This document shows positions 1 to 7,523 of a stretch of DNA of 44,720 nt, piece by piece. Both the position numbers and the translations under genes were made by a program. Location: positions 1 to 44,720 of the forward strand of contig JAPUGG010000077.1 of assembly GCA_027292975.1 (NCBI GenBank). Direction: 5' to 3'. Source of the stretch: Alphaproteobacteria bacterium (GTDB lineage Bacteria > Pseudomonadota > Alphaproteobacteria > SMXQ01). The notes below the pieces were generated by a model, which saw only the letters and a list, made by a program, of their open reading frames with translations, was not told the DNA's origin and searched no databases. Within the stretch, counting starts at the first letter, position 1. Each line of letters begins with the position of its first letter.

Positions 1-953
1 AACCCGGCCACCGTCCCGCCCGCCAGAAGGGCGAATATGATCCACACCGGGTGCAACCGGATCCTCTCTCCCACCAGCTTCGGAGTCAGGATGTTGCCTT
101 CCAGAACCTGGCCGGCGATGAAAACCCCAGCCACAACGGCAATGGGGCCCCACTCCGCATACTGGACCAACGCCATGCCCACCGCCGCCAGGAAGCCGAG
201 GATGGCGCCCACGAAGGGGACGAAAGATATCAATCCGGCGCTGATGCCGATCACAAGACCGAAATCCAAGCCGATCGCGGTCAGGGCAAAACCGTAGACC
301 GCGGCGAGAATGAGACACACCACGCCCATGCCCCGCAGGAACCCGGAGATCATTTGGTCGGCCTCGTTGACCAGTTCGCGGATGGTGGCCGCATGGTCGC
401 GGGGCAGCCAGGAATCGACTGTGCTGACGATGATCGGCCAGTCCCTGAGGATGTAGAAGGCGACGATCGGGGTGATGAAGATCAGCGAGAGCAGGTTGAA
501 GAGGGCAAGGCCGCCGCTCCAGACCTTGCCGAGGACCTGCCCGGCCAGCTTGAGCGCGTCTCCGGCAAAGCCGCCCGCCACGCCCTTGAGCCGCTCCATG
601 TCCTGGGGTGAAAGCTCGGTGCTGAGCCGCGATACGACGGCCGCGAGCTTGGCCTGGGCGGCCGTCAAAAGCTCCGGCATCTTGGCCGCAAAATCGATGA
701 ACTGCTTTTCCAGAACCGGCAGCAACAGCACCAAGGCCACGCCGAATATCAGGAAAAACGAGATCAACACCACCGATGTGGCCAGCGTCCGGTTGAGCCG
801 CATGGCGCCCAGTTTTTCCACCACCGGGTCGAGAAAATAAGCGATCGCGAACCCCGCCACGAACGGCAGCAGGACGGCGCTGAACAGCTTGAGAATAAGG
901 CCGAAGGCCACAAGGCCGCCCAGCCAGAATAGCACCTGACGCGATATCGTCAT
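1..953 (-). CDS. AI-2E family transporter (PerM/UPF0118-like permease), C-terminal end cut by the window edge
   Basis: Absent from the ORF track because it runs off the window. Reverse translation from ATG 953 gives MTISRQVLFWLGGLVAFGLILKLFSAVLLPFVAGFAIAYFLDPVV...VLEGNILTPKLVGERIRLHPVWIIFALLAGG. It is multi-TM and the signature matches AI-2E transporters. The start overlaps the pgsA stop as ATGA. Confidence 0.8.
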   Translation of the reverse strand, partial: MTISRQVLFWLGGLVAFGLILKLFSAVLLPFVAGFAIAYFLDPVVEKLGAMRLNRTLATSVVLISFFLIFGVALVLLLPVLEKQFIDFAAKMPELLTAAQAKLAAVVSRLSTELSPQDMERLKGVAGGFAGDALKLAGQVLGKVWSGGLALFNLLSLIFITPIVAFYILRDWPIIVSTVDSWLPRDHAATIRELVNEADQMISGFLRGMGVVCLILAAVYGFALTAIGLDFGLVIGISAGLISFVPFVGAILGFLAAVGMALVQYAEWGPIAVVAGVFIAGQVLEGNILTPKLVGERIRLHPVWIIFALLAGGTVAG

Positions 954-1498
954 TGCCGAGAGTCCTCCATGGATGCGGCCTTTGCCGACCAGCCGACGAT
1001 GTAACTGGCGCCCGATGCTAATGTGGTGAGCCCGGCAAGCCATACCAGGGCGACGATGGGCAAATCGGCCTCCACCCCGAGTCCGTGCGACCCGAGCACG
1101 AAACTTGCCAGGACAATTTGCACCACCGTATTGATTTTACTTATAAAAAGTGGCGACATTTTTAGGTTATGGGTGAGCAACTGGTAGAGCATCGCCCCGC
1201 CGATGATGAGAACATCCCGCGACACCACCAAGATCACGATCCAGTTGGGAAGATAGCCCTCGGACCCGAGCGTCACGTAGATGCTCATCAGAAGGGCCTT
1301 GTCGGCGAGGGCATCGAGATATTCGCCCACCACCGAAATGCAGGACAAACGGCGGGCGAGGAAGCCGTCGATGGCGTCCGATAGGCCGGCTACAACGAAA
1401 AGCCAGAAGGCGAGCGTCATGCGGTCGTCCAGAATCGCCCATACGACGATGGGCACCATCAATAACCGCGCAATGGAAATGGAGTTGGGAATGTTCAC
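950..1498 (-). CDS. pgsA: CDP-diacylglycerol--glycerol-3-phosphate 3-phosphatidyltransferase (CDP-alcohol phosphatidyltransferase family)
   Basis: 182 aa, multi-TM, with the CDP-alcohol phosphatidyltransferase motif DAIDGFLARR...ALADK. The size is typical of PgsA. Confidence 0.85.
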   Translation of the reverse strand: MNIPNSISIARLLMVPIVVWAILDDRMTLAFWLFVVAGLSDAIDGFLARRLSCISVVGEYLDALADKALLMSIYVTLGSEGYLPNWIVILVVSRDVLIIGGAMLYQLLTHNLKMSPLFISKINTVVQIVLASFVLGSHGLGVEADLPIVALVWLAGLTTLASGASYIVGWSAKAASMEDSRQ

Positions 1499-2799
1499 GG
1501 GGCCCCGCCCGATGGTGGTCTTGGCGCGTTGGTTCGACCCCCGCCCGTCTCTTCGCCACCGACCTTGACCTGGCCGGGTTCGGCGAGCCCGCCCTTCCGG
1601 GTGCGCCGAAGGATCCAGGAGACCGGGCCGCGTTCCAGAATAATGTCGTTTTGAACCAGTGCCAGAGTCAACTGTTCCTCGTCACCTATATAATTGATCC
1701 TGAGGCGCGCAAGCTTGCGGGAAAGATATACCAGATCGCTTCGCTGAATTAAGGCGACTCCGGCGAGACGACGCTTGATGGCGAGCCAATCGGCGAGCGA
1801 CGTAAGCGGCACGATGACGGTCAATTCCTTGCCCACGCCGAAGCGCAGGCGGTTGTCGCGCTTCCAATCCTCTTGGATCTGACTGGCGATGACCGACACC
1901 GCCCGGCCGATGGCGTTCTCACGGCTCTCGCCCGGGCGAAGAGCGAAGGATTCAAGGTGGGTCTGCTCGGTAAGTGCCGTCCCCATCCGGCTGAGCGTGA
2001 CCTGTAGGAACTGCTGGGCGGCCTGCCCCTCCTCGCCGACGGCGCCCATGCGGAACCCCGCCACGGCGACCAGAACGTCGGCGGCGGCGTAGTGTCGCGC
2101 GATCGCGGCCAGCCGATCGTCGGCGCCGCGCACCGCTTGCTCGGCACCGATCAGAACGGCGTTCCTGATGCCGCCCGCGGGGCGGACCAAGGGCACCAGT
2201 CCGTCCGACGGCGGCAAGGCCAGCCAGGCATCACGCCACGGGTTGGGTTCCCCCCACAAGGAAAAGGCGCCCGCCACCTCGAACACCGGCAGCACCAGAA
2301 CCGGCCTGCTGCGGGTTTCGGCGAAACCGATATCATGGCTGCGCAGCATCGCCCTGATGCCGTCGGCCTTGAACCGCACGCGAAGGACGGCAAGGTAGCG
2401 GACCGACGACCTCTTTTCCCGGGTGACTTCAAAATCCCGGACCAATTCGGCGATGGCGCCGGCGTTGAATTCGGGCAGCTTGTTCCTGTCGGTAGCCAGC
2501 ACGACGCGGTCAAACAGGCGTCCGAGCGCCGCCTTCTGGCCTTCGGCCAAGGCCCGGTCCCGCGCCGCGGCGGCGGTATCGGCGGTCGCATCCACCTCGA
2601 CGTCCGCGACCGTGAACACGTCGGCGCCTCCTTGGGCCGCAACCGGCTGAGTCCCCAACAGCGCCGCGAGTAGCCCAAGGACGGCGAAAATCCCAGCCAA
2701 CCGCGCGGCAAGCGCCGATGGGACAATCCAGACGGCAACACCCTTTGGATATGATTGGGTTGGATGTGATTGGGTCATTACAAACCGTCGCGAATACAC
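1495..2799 (-). CDS. Secreted/periplasmic protein of unknown function (DUF2066-like, family assignment from memory)
   Basis: 434-aa ORF with a signal-peptide-like N-terminus (AARLAGIFAVLGLLAALLGTQPVAAQ). It is divergent from purM, as I recall for DUF2066 genes. The start is GTG 2799 or ATG 2778. It overlaps the pgsA start by 4 nt. Confidence 0.7.
   Translation of the reverse strand: MYSRRFVMTQSHPTQSYPKGVAVWIVPSALAARLAGIFAVLGLLAALLGTQPVAAQGGADVFTVADVEVDATADTAAAARDRALAEGQKAALGRLFDRVVLATDRNKLPEFNAGAIAELVRDFEVTREKRSSVRYLAVLRVRFKADGIRAMLRSHDIGFAETRSRPVLVLPVFEVAGAFSLWGEPNPWRDAWLALPPSDGLVPLVRPAGGIRNAVLIGAEQAVRGADDRLAAIARHYAAADVLVAVAGFRMGAVGEEGQAAQQFLQVTLSRMGTALTEQTHLESFALRPGESRENAIGRAVSVIASQIQEDWKRDNRLRFGVGKELTVIVPLTSLADWLAIKRRLAGVALIQRSDLVYLSRKLARLRINYIGDEEQLTLALVQNDIILERGPVSWILRRTRKGGLAEPGQVKVGGEETGGGRTNAPRPPSGGAP
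2746..2775. repeat. Tandem 15-nt duplication TGGAT[A/G]TGATTGGGT x2
   Basis: 14/15 identical adjacent units. On the minus strand they encode TQSHP-TQSYP at the extreme N-terminus of the DUF2066-like ORF. Confidence 0.8.
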
Positions 2800-2805
2800 T
2801 ATCTT

Positions 2806-2826
2806 AGCCGCGGTTTAACCGCGGCT
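2806..2826. promoter_or_regulatory. Inverted repeat AGCCGCGG-TTTAA-CCGCGGCT in the divergent spacer upstream of purM
   Basis: It has perfect 8-bp arms around a 5-nt centre. It lies between the DUF2066-like gene start (2799/2778, minus strand) and purM. Confidence 0.6.
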
Positions 2827-2908
2827 TTCAGGCTGCGCGCCTCACCCGGCGGGGAGTGCAATCAAGCCTACCCAAAAAATCTATCATGGATGAGGCAAGG
2901 AGGAACCC

Positions 2909-3973
2909 ATTAAGCGCGCGACATATGAAGGGGCGGGGGTCGACATCAAGGCCGGAAACGCGCTGGTCAGGCGCATCGCTCCTCTGGCCAAGGCGACTTC
3001 GCGCAGCGGCGTCATGGCCGGCCTCGGCGGTTTCGGCGGCTTGTTCGACATCAAGGCCGCCGGATTCAAGGATCCGGTTCTGGTCGCCGCCACCGACGGG
3101 GTCGGCACCAAGCTGCGGATCGCCATCGAAATGGGACGGCTGGGGACGGTCGGCATCGACCTGGTCGCCATGTGCGTCAACGACCTGGTGGTGCAGGGCG
3201 CCGAGCCTCTCTTCTTCCTCGATTATTTCGCCACCGGGGCGCTCGATGTGGAGCGCGCCGGCCAGGTGATCGCCGGCGTGGCGGAGGGCTGCACCCAGGC
3301 GGGCTGCGCGCTTATCGGCGGGGAAACCGCGGAAATGCCGGGCATTTACCGAGGGGACGACTTCGACCTCGCCGGCTTCGCCGTCGGCGCGGTCGAGCGC
3401 GAGGCCCTCCTCACCGGGACAGACACCCGCGCAGGCGACGTCGTTCTTGGCATCGGGGCATCGGGCCTGCATGCCAACGGCTTTTCCCTGGTGCGCCAGA
3501 TTGTCGACGATTTGGGGCTTTCCTGGGACGCGCCCGCACCGTTCTCCGCCCACGAGGCCCTCGGGCAGTGCCTCCTGACGCCGACGCGGATCTACGTCAA
3601 GTCCTGCCTGGCGGCCATCGCGGCGGGCGGCGTCAAGGGGCTGGCGCATATCACCGGCGGCGGCTTGACCGAGAACATTCCAAGGGTGCTTGCCCCCGGC
3701 CTGCGGGCGGCGCTTGATGCCGGGGCCTGGCCTCTGCCGCCCGCCATTCAATGGCTCGCCAGGGAAGGCGGGCTGGAAGGGACCGAACTCGCCCGCACCT
3801 TCAATTGCGGAATCGGCATGGTGGCCATCGTCGAACCAGGGTCGGCCAACGCGGTCCAACAGAGCCTCAATGAGGCGGGTGAAACGGTCCATAGAATCGG
3901 CGTCATCGAACCCGCGCCGGGGGATTCCCGGGACACCGTCATAGCGGCCATGGACACGGCATGGCGCGACTGA
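2909..3973 (+). CDS. purM: Phosphoribosylformylglycinamidine cyclo-ligase (AIR synthetase)
   Basis: The ORF-track entry 3014..3973 is N-terminally truncated. The same frame reads [43 protein letters not shown] from 2921, which is the conserved PurM N-terminus, followed by the DGVGTK motif. There is no ATG/GTG/TTG between the in-frame TGA (2891) and this block. The only near-cognate start is ATT 2909, 5 nt after AAGGAGG (2897-2903). The exact start is uncertain. Confidence 0.9.
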   Translation: MKRATYEGAGVDIKAGNALVRRIAPLAKATSRSGVMAGLGGFGGLFDIKAAGFKDPVLVAATDGVGTKLRIAIEMGRLGTVGIDLVAMCVNDLVVQGAEPLFFLDYFATGALDVERAGQVIAGVAEGCTQAGCALIGGETAEMPGIYRGDDFDLAGFAVGAVEREALLTGTDTRAGDVVLGIGASGLHANGFSLVRQIVDDLGLSWDAPAPFSAHEALGQCLLTPTRIYVKSCLAAIAAGGVKGLAHITGGGLTENIPRVLAPGLRAALDAGAWPLPPAIQWLAREGGLEGTELARTFNCGIGMVAIVEPGSANAVQQSLNEAGETVHRIGVIEPAPGDSRDTVIAAMDTAWRD

Positions 3974-4626
3974 AGGCAGGGGTCCTGATCTCCGGCTCGG
4001 GGACCAACCTCCAGGCGCTTCTGGATGCCGCGGGGGTGCCAAATTATCCGGCCGAGATCGTGCTCGTCGTCTCCAACAGCGGCGACGCCCCTGGCCTCGA
4101 ACGCGCCCGCACCGCCGGGGTCCCCACCCGGGTCATCGACCATAGGGATTTTTCGGACCGCGCCGCCTTCGATGGGGCGTTGGGCTCGGCCCTGAGGGAT
4201 GCGGGGTGCGAACTTGTCTGCCTGGCCGGTTTCATGCGGCTGCTCACCGCCGGTTTCGTCGAGAGCTGGCGCGACCGCCTGATCAATATTCATCCCTCCC
4301 TGCTGCCGTCCTTCAAGGGGCTCGATGCCCAGGCACAGGCGCTTGCCGCCGGGGTGCGTATCGCCGGATGCACCGTCCATTTCGTGCGCCCCGAGATGGA
4401 TTCAGGACCGATCATCGTCCAAGGCGCGGCCCCCGTGCTGGAAGGCGACGACGCGGCCAGCCTCGCCGCCCGCATCCTGCAAGTCGAACACCGGATTTAT
4501 CCGCTGGCGCTCCGCCTCATCGGCGAAGGCCGGGTTTCGGTGGATGGCGATGTCGTCACCATCGCGGGAGGCCGGCCGGCGGCCACGGGAACGCTGATAT
4601 GGCCCGCGGAAAATGCTCTAGCTTGA
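3961..4626 (+). CDS. purN: Phosphoribosylglycinamide formyltransferase
   Basis: 221 aa with [14 protein letters not shown] and [12 protein letters not shown] motifs. It overlaps the purM end by 13 nt. The last 8 codons lie in repeat copy a. Confidence 0.93.
   Translation: MARLKAGVLISGSGTNLQALLDAAGVPNYPAEIVLVVSNSGDAPGLERARTAGVPTRVIDHRDFSDRAAFDGALGSALRDAGCELVCLAGFMRLLTAGFVESWRDRLINIHPSLLPSFKGLDAQAQALAAGVRIAGCTVHFVRPEMDSGPIIVQGAAPVLEGDDAASLAARILQVEHRIYPLALRLIGEGRVSVDGDVVTIAGGRPAATGTLIWPAENALA
4600..4621 (+). repeat. Partial repeat copy a (TGGCCCGCGGAAAATGCTCTAG) inside the 3' end of purN
   Basis: It matches the 3' half of copies b and c with a 3-nt insertion. It encodes the last residues of PurN (WPAENALA). 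Confidence 0.55.
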
Positions 4627-4671
4627 AGATCGGAAATATTGGACCATCAAGGGGACTCAAGGAGAAGAAGC

Positions 4672-4794
4672 ATGGCCGATAGCGACGATCTCAAAGCCCA
4701 TGAAGAGTTGTGGCGCAATTTCGTGAAGCTGCTTGCCTTCAGCGCCGCCGCGATCATGGTCTGCCTGTCCTTGTTGGCGCTTGTTCTTCTATAA
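4672..4794 (+). CDS. Small single-TM protein, aa3-type cytochrome c oxidase subunit IV-like (40 aa)
   Basis: Too short for the ORF track. It translates as MADSDDLKAHEELWRNFVKLLAFSAAAIMVCLSLLALVLL. GGAG lies 7 nt upstream of the ATG. The acidic/His N-terminus, the H-x3-W/F-x2-F-[VI]-K pattern and one TM helix resemble the small bacterial aa3 oxidase subunit IV family (PF07835-like, recalled not searched). Confidence 0.55.
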   Translation: MADSDDLKAHEELWRNFVKLLAFSAAAIMVCLSLLALVLL

Positions 4795-4812
4795 GCGCAC
4801 CGAGATCATCGC

Positions 4813-4848
4813 GGTCAAATGGTCCAGTTTGGCCGGAAAATGCTCTAA
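4813..4848 (+). repeat. Interspersed repeat copy b (GGTCAAATGGTCCAGTTTGGCCGGAAAATGCTCTAA)
   Basis: 29/32 identical to copy c and 26/32 to copy d. It lies 19 nt after the small ORF and overlaps the ndk stop codon on the other strand. It contains the mini-ORF ATG 4819..TAA 4848 (MVQFGRKML). Confidence 0.75.
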
Positions 4849-5267
4849 CCCACGATCTCGTCATCGGAAAAGAAGAAGGCAATTTCCTCGGCGGCGGTTT
4901 CCGGACCGTCGGACCCATGGACCGAATTGGCTTCGATCGATTGGGCGAAATCCCTGCGGATGGTCCCTTCCTCGGCCTCCCGGGGATCGGTCGCCCCCAT
5001 GATTTCCCGGGTCCGCGCGATGGCGTTGTCGCCTTCAAGGACCTGGACCACCACCGGACCCGATGTCATGAAGGCACACAGGCCGTCGAAGAACGGCCGC
5101 TCCTTATGGACCGCGTAGAATTGCTCCGCCTGTGCGCGGCTGAGCCGCAGCCGCTTCTGGGCGACGATTCTGAGCCCTGCCTTTTCGAAGCGGGCGCGGA
5201 TATCGCCGGTCAGATTGCGTTGGGTCGCGTCGGGTTTGATGATCGAGAGGGTCCGTTCATTGGCCAT
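4845..5267 (-). CDS. ndk: Nucleoside-diphosphate kinase
   Basis: 140 aa: [14 protein letters not shown]...NSVHGSD (active-site His) ...FFF. The stop codon TAG lies inside repeat copy b. Confidence 0.97.
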   Translation of the reverse strand: MANERTLSIIKPDATQRNLTGDIRARFEKAGLRIVAQKRLRLSRAQAEQFYAVHKERPFFDGLCAFMTSGPVVVQVLEGDNAIARTREIMGATDPREAEEGTIRRDFAQSIEANSVHGSDGPETAAEEIAFFFSDDEIVG

Positions 5268-5299
5268 CGCGTGGGGCTCCGTGAAATTTTCGCGCCGCG

Positions 5300-5328
5300 C
5301 TTATAGACGGATCAAAGACCGAGGGCAA
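5300..5328 (-). promoter_or_regulatory. Candidate promoter for ndk (TTGCCC-N17-TATAAG on the minus strand)
   Basis: Hexamers were read on the reverse complement of 5300-5328, about 35 nt upstream of the ndk ATG. Confidence 0.3.
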
Positions 5329-5382
5329 GGGATGGCGCATGGATCCACGGCGCGGCCCGCGGCCGGCGGCCGATTTGCCGTT

Positions 5383-5844
5383 TCACGGATCCTGCTTCTG
5401 CCACCCGCCCCGCTCGCCCTGGCGCCAATAGGTGAGTTCATGGCCGGCATCCTTGTAAGCCTGCCAATGTGACCGGGCCTTCTCCAAGGCCAGCTCGTCC
5501 CGGCCATCGAACAGCTCCAGGCAGCGGTCATAATCCGCTAGCTCTCCGGATTCCGACCCGTCGGTCAGGAATAGGACGGTGGCGGCGTTGGGGTTGTCGT
5601 CGCCGGCGGTGAGCCAAACCGGCTGGTCGGGACCATTGCCGTCCTGGGCCGAGCCATGGGCCAGAAATGATCCCTGCTCATAGGTCCAGAGCGCGGCATT
5701 GAGCGCCGCCACCCGTTCCTCCGACCCGACCTTGACGACCGCCCTGAGGCCGCCCGCCAACGCCTTTTCCAACAACTTCGCCAGGACCGCCTCCAGGGTC
5801 GAGCCCTCGAGATGGTAAAATGCGATTTCAGTCACGCCAGCCAC
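5383..5844 (-). CDS. holC: DNA polymerase III subunit chi
   Basis: About 150 aa with the EIAFYHL N-terminus typical of chi. It sits directly downstream of pepA, as in E. coli pepA-holC. The start is GTG 5844 or, more likely, GTG 5835 (MTEIAFYHL). Confidence 0.85.
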   Translation of the reverse strand: MAGVTEIAFYHLEGSTLEAVLAKLLEKALAGGLRAVVKVGSEERVAALNAALWTYEQGSFLAHGSAQDGNGPDQPVWLTAGDDNPNAATVLFLTDGSESGELADYDRCLELFDGRDELALEKARSHWQAYKDAGHELTYWRQGERGGWQKQDP

Positions 5845-5857
5845 CCCCGTGCGCGGG

Positions 5858-7372
5858 TCAACGGCTTTCGTAATGGTCGGCGACCAGGCGGTCGAGCAGG
5901 CGCACGCCGAACCCGGTGCCGCCCGGGGCGGCGGTGTCGGAACCCTTGGTCGACCACGTCACCCCGGCGATGTCGAGGTGCGCCCAGGGCACCTTGTTGA
6001 CGAATCGTTGCAGGAACTTGGCCGCGGTGATGGACCCGGCACCGCCGCCGGAAGAGATGTTTTGGACATCGGCCGCCTTGGAATCGATCATCTTATCGTA
6101 GGCGGCATCCAAGGGCAGACGCCAGAGTTTCTCGCCCACCGCCAAGCCCGCGTCGGTGAGCCGGGTGGCAAGCTCGTCATTGTTGGAAAAAAGGCCGGCA
6201 TGATGGGCGCCGAGGCTGACGATGATAGCGCCCGTCAAGGTGGCGAGGTCGACCATGAACTTCGGCTTGAAACGTTTCTGGCAATACCACAGGGCATCGG
6301 CCAGCACGAGCCGGCCTTCGGCATCGGTATTGAGCACTTCTATGGTCTGGCCGGAATAGGATTTGACGATGTCGCCGGGCCGCTGGGCGGTGCCTGACGG
6401 CATATTCTCCACCAGCCCCACCATGCCGACGGCATTGACCCTGGCCGATCGACCCGCCAGCGCCCGCATCAGCCCGATGACGACGCCGGCACCGCCCATG
6501 TCCCATTTCATATCTTCCATGCCGCGCGAGGGTTTGATCGATATCCCACCGGAATCGAAGGTCACACCCTTGCCGACGAAGGCTATGGGCTGGGCCCCTT
6601 TGCCCCGCCGCGGCCCCCCATTCCAGCGCATCACCACCAACCGCGCCGGATGGGCGCTGCCCTGGGCGACCCCCAAAAGGGCGCCGAAACCGAGCGCCTT
6701 CATCTTCTTTTCATCCAGCACCTCGACCCGGACACCGAGGCGCGAGAGCTTGCGCGCCTCCCGCGCCAGGGTCTCTGGGTAGAGCACGTTGGCCGGCTCG
6801 GACACCAGTTCACGGGTAAAGAAAACGCCATCGGCCACCGCGTCGAGCCCGGCAAAGAGCCGCCGGGCCGGGGCCGTTTCGGCCACGCAAACATCGATGC
6901 GGGCAAGCTTGGGCTTGTCTTCCTTCTTTTCCTTGGTCCGGTATTTGTCGAACCGGTAGGACCGGAGCCGCGCCCCAAGGGCGAAATGGGCGGCCAGCTC
7001 GGGGGCGCCCAGCTTGCAGCGCCGCGGCGCCTCCACCAGAGCAACGGCGCGGGAATCGTCGCTTTTCCCCAGTTCTGCATAGGCGACCCCGCCGGCCTGC
7101 TCGGCGATGAGATCGGTAACCTCGCCGGCCTTGCCCAGCCCCACCACCACCACGCGGCTGAAATCCTTCCGCCCCGGCGCCAGGACGACGAGGCTTTGCC
7201 CCTTGCGGCCCTTGAACCGCGACGCGGCCAAGGCACGGGCGACGGAGCCACCCACGGACTTGTCGAAGGCCCGGCCCAGGGCCGTCAGTTTGGGCGCGGA
7301 CTTGTCCTCGCTCGCCAATAGAATAACCGCCCCTTTTGCGGGCAGCGCGGGTTGGGAAAACGCAATCCTCAT
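5858..7372 (-). CDS. pepA: Leucyl aminopeptidase (M17)
   Basis: 504 aa with the M17 signature NTDAEGRLVLADAL and the VGKGVTFDSGG motif. Confidence 0.95.
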   Translation of the reverse strand: MRIAFSQPALPAKGAVILLASEDKSAPKLTALGRAFDKSVGGSVARALAASRFKGRKGQSLVVLAPGRKDFSRVVVVGLGKAGEVTDLIAEQAGGVAYAELGKSDDSRAVALVEAPRRCKLGAPELAAHFALGARLRSYRFDKYRTKEKKEDKPKLARIDVCVAETAPARRLFAGLDAVADGVFFTRELVSEPANVLYPETLAREARKLSRLGVRVEVLDEKKMKALGFGALLGVAQGSAHPARLVVMRWNGGPRRGKGAQPIAFVGKGVTFDSGGISIKPSRGMEDMKWDMGGAGVVIGLMRALAGRSARVNAVGMVGLVENMPSGTAQRPGDIVKSYSGQTIEVLNTDAEGRLVLADALWYCQKRFKPKFMVDLATLTGAIIVSLGAHHAGLFSNNDELATRLTDAGLAVGEKLWRLPLDAAYDKMIDSKAADVQNISSGGGAGSITAAKFLQRFVNKVPWAHLDIAGVTWSTKGSDTAAPGGTGFGVRLLDRLVADHYESR

Positions 7373-7475
7373 GCGTCACTCTCCTTGGACCAATGGTTGA
7401 CGGCTTGACGCCGGGTCCCGGAGTCTACCGATCTGGGCGAGAAAAATCTAACCTTAGGCTAAAATCTTCCCGGGA

Positions 7476-7507
7476 AAATGGTTCAATTTGGCCGGAAAAT
7501 GCTCTAG
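7476..7507 (+). repeat. Interspersed repeat copy c (AAATGGTTCAATTTGGCCGGAAAATGCTCTAG)
   Basis: Near-identical to copies b and d. It lies in the pepA/lptF divergent spacer. It contains the mini-ORF ATG 7478..TAG 7507 (MVQFGRKML). Confidence 0.75.
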
Positions 7508-7516
7508 CGCTATAAT
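7488..7516 (+). promoter_or_regulatory. Candidate sigma70-type promoter for lptFG (TTGGCC-N17-TATAAT)
   Basis: The -35 TTGGCC (7488-7493) lies inside repeat copy c. A perfect TATAAT lies at 7511-7516. The predicted +1 falls at about 7523-7524, on or next to the ATG at 7524. Confidence 0.35.
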
Positions 7517-7523
7517 GCCGCCG

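Noticed and set aside
1190-1200. Isolated short matches to the repeat core. Examples: TAGAGCAT in pgsA at about 1193, TGCTCTAC at about 11606, ATGCTAGCC at 13892 and its complement at 8447, and CTCTAG at the fabD stop 21484.
   Set aside because: These are only 7-9 nt matches without flanking similarity, about what is expected by chance in 89 kb of two-strand sequence. They are not counted as family members.
7489-7503. A sigma54-like TGGC...TGC motif occurs in the repeat (TGGCCGGAAAATGCT). A similar TGGCATGGGGATGCT lies upstream of guaB (minus strand, about 42580-42594).
   Set aside because: The GG and GC dinucleotides are separated by 9 nt, not the 10 nt of the canonical -24/-12 TGGCACG-N4-TTGC element. 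Sigma54 promoters tolerate spacing changes poorly. Both sites are better explained as sigma70-type -35 hexamers (TTGGCC/TTGGCA) with TATAAT/TATGAT at 16-17 nt.
7488-7523. ORF-track N-terminal extensions of many genes. These are lptF at 7488, lptG at 8591, surA at 12050, yicC at 17011, fabG at 21640, rpsF at 22666, alr at 27679, mlaF at 29804, the SDR gene at 34293, the DUF2794-like gene at 38507, guaA at 41216, guaB at 42543 and ppx at 44567.
   Set aside because: The extensions overlap upstream genes or repeats and are not part of the conserved N-termini. Downstream ATG/GTG codons coincide with canonical family starts, often with 4-nt stop-start overlaps.
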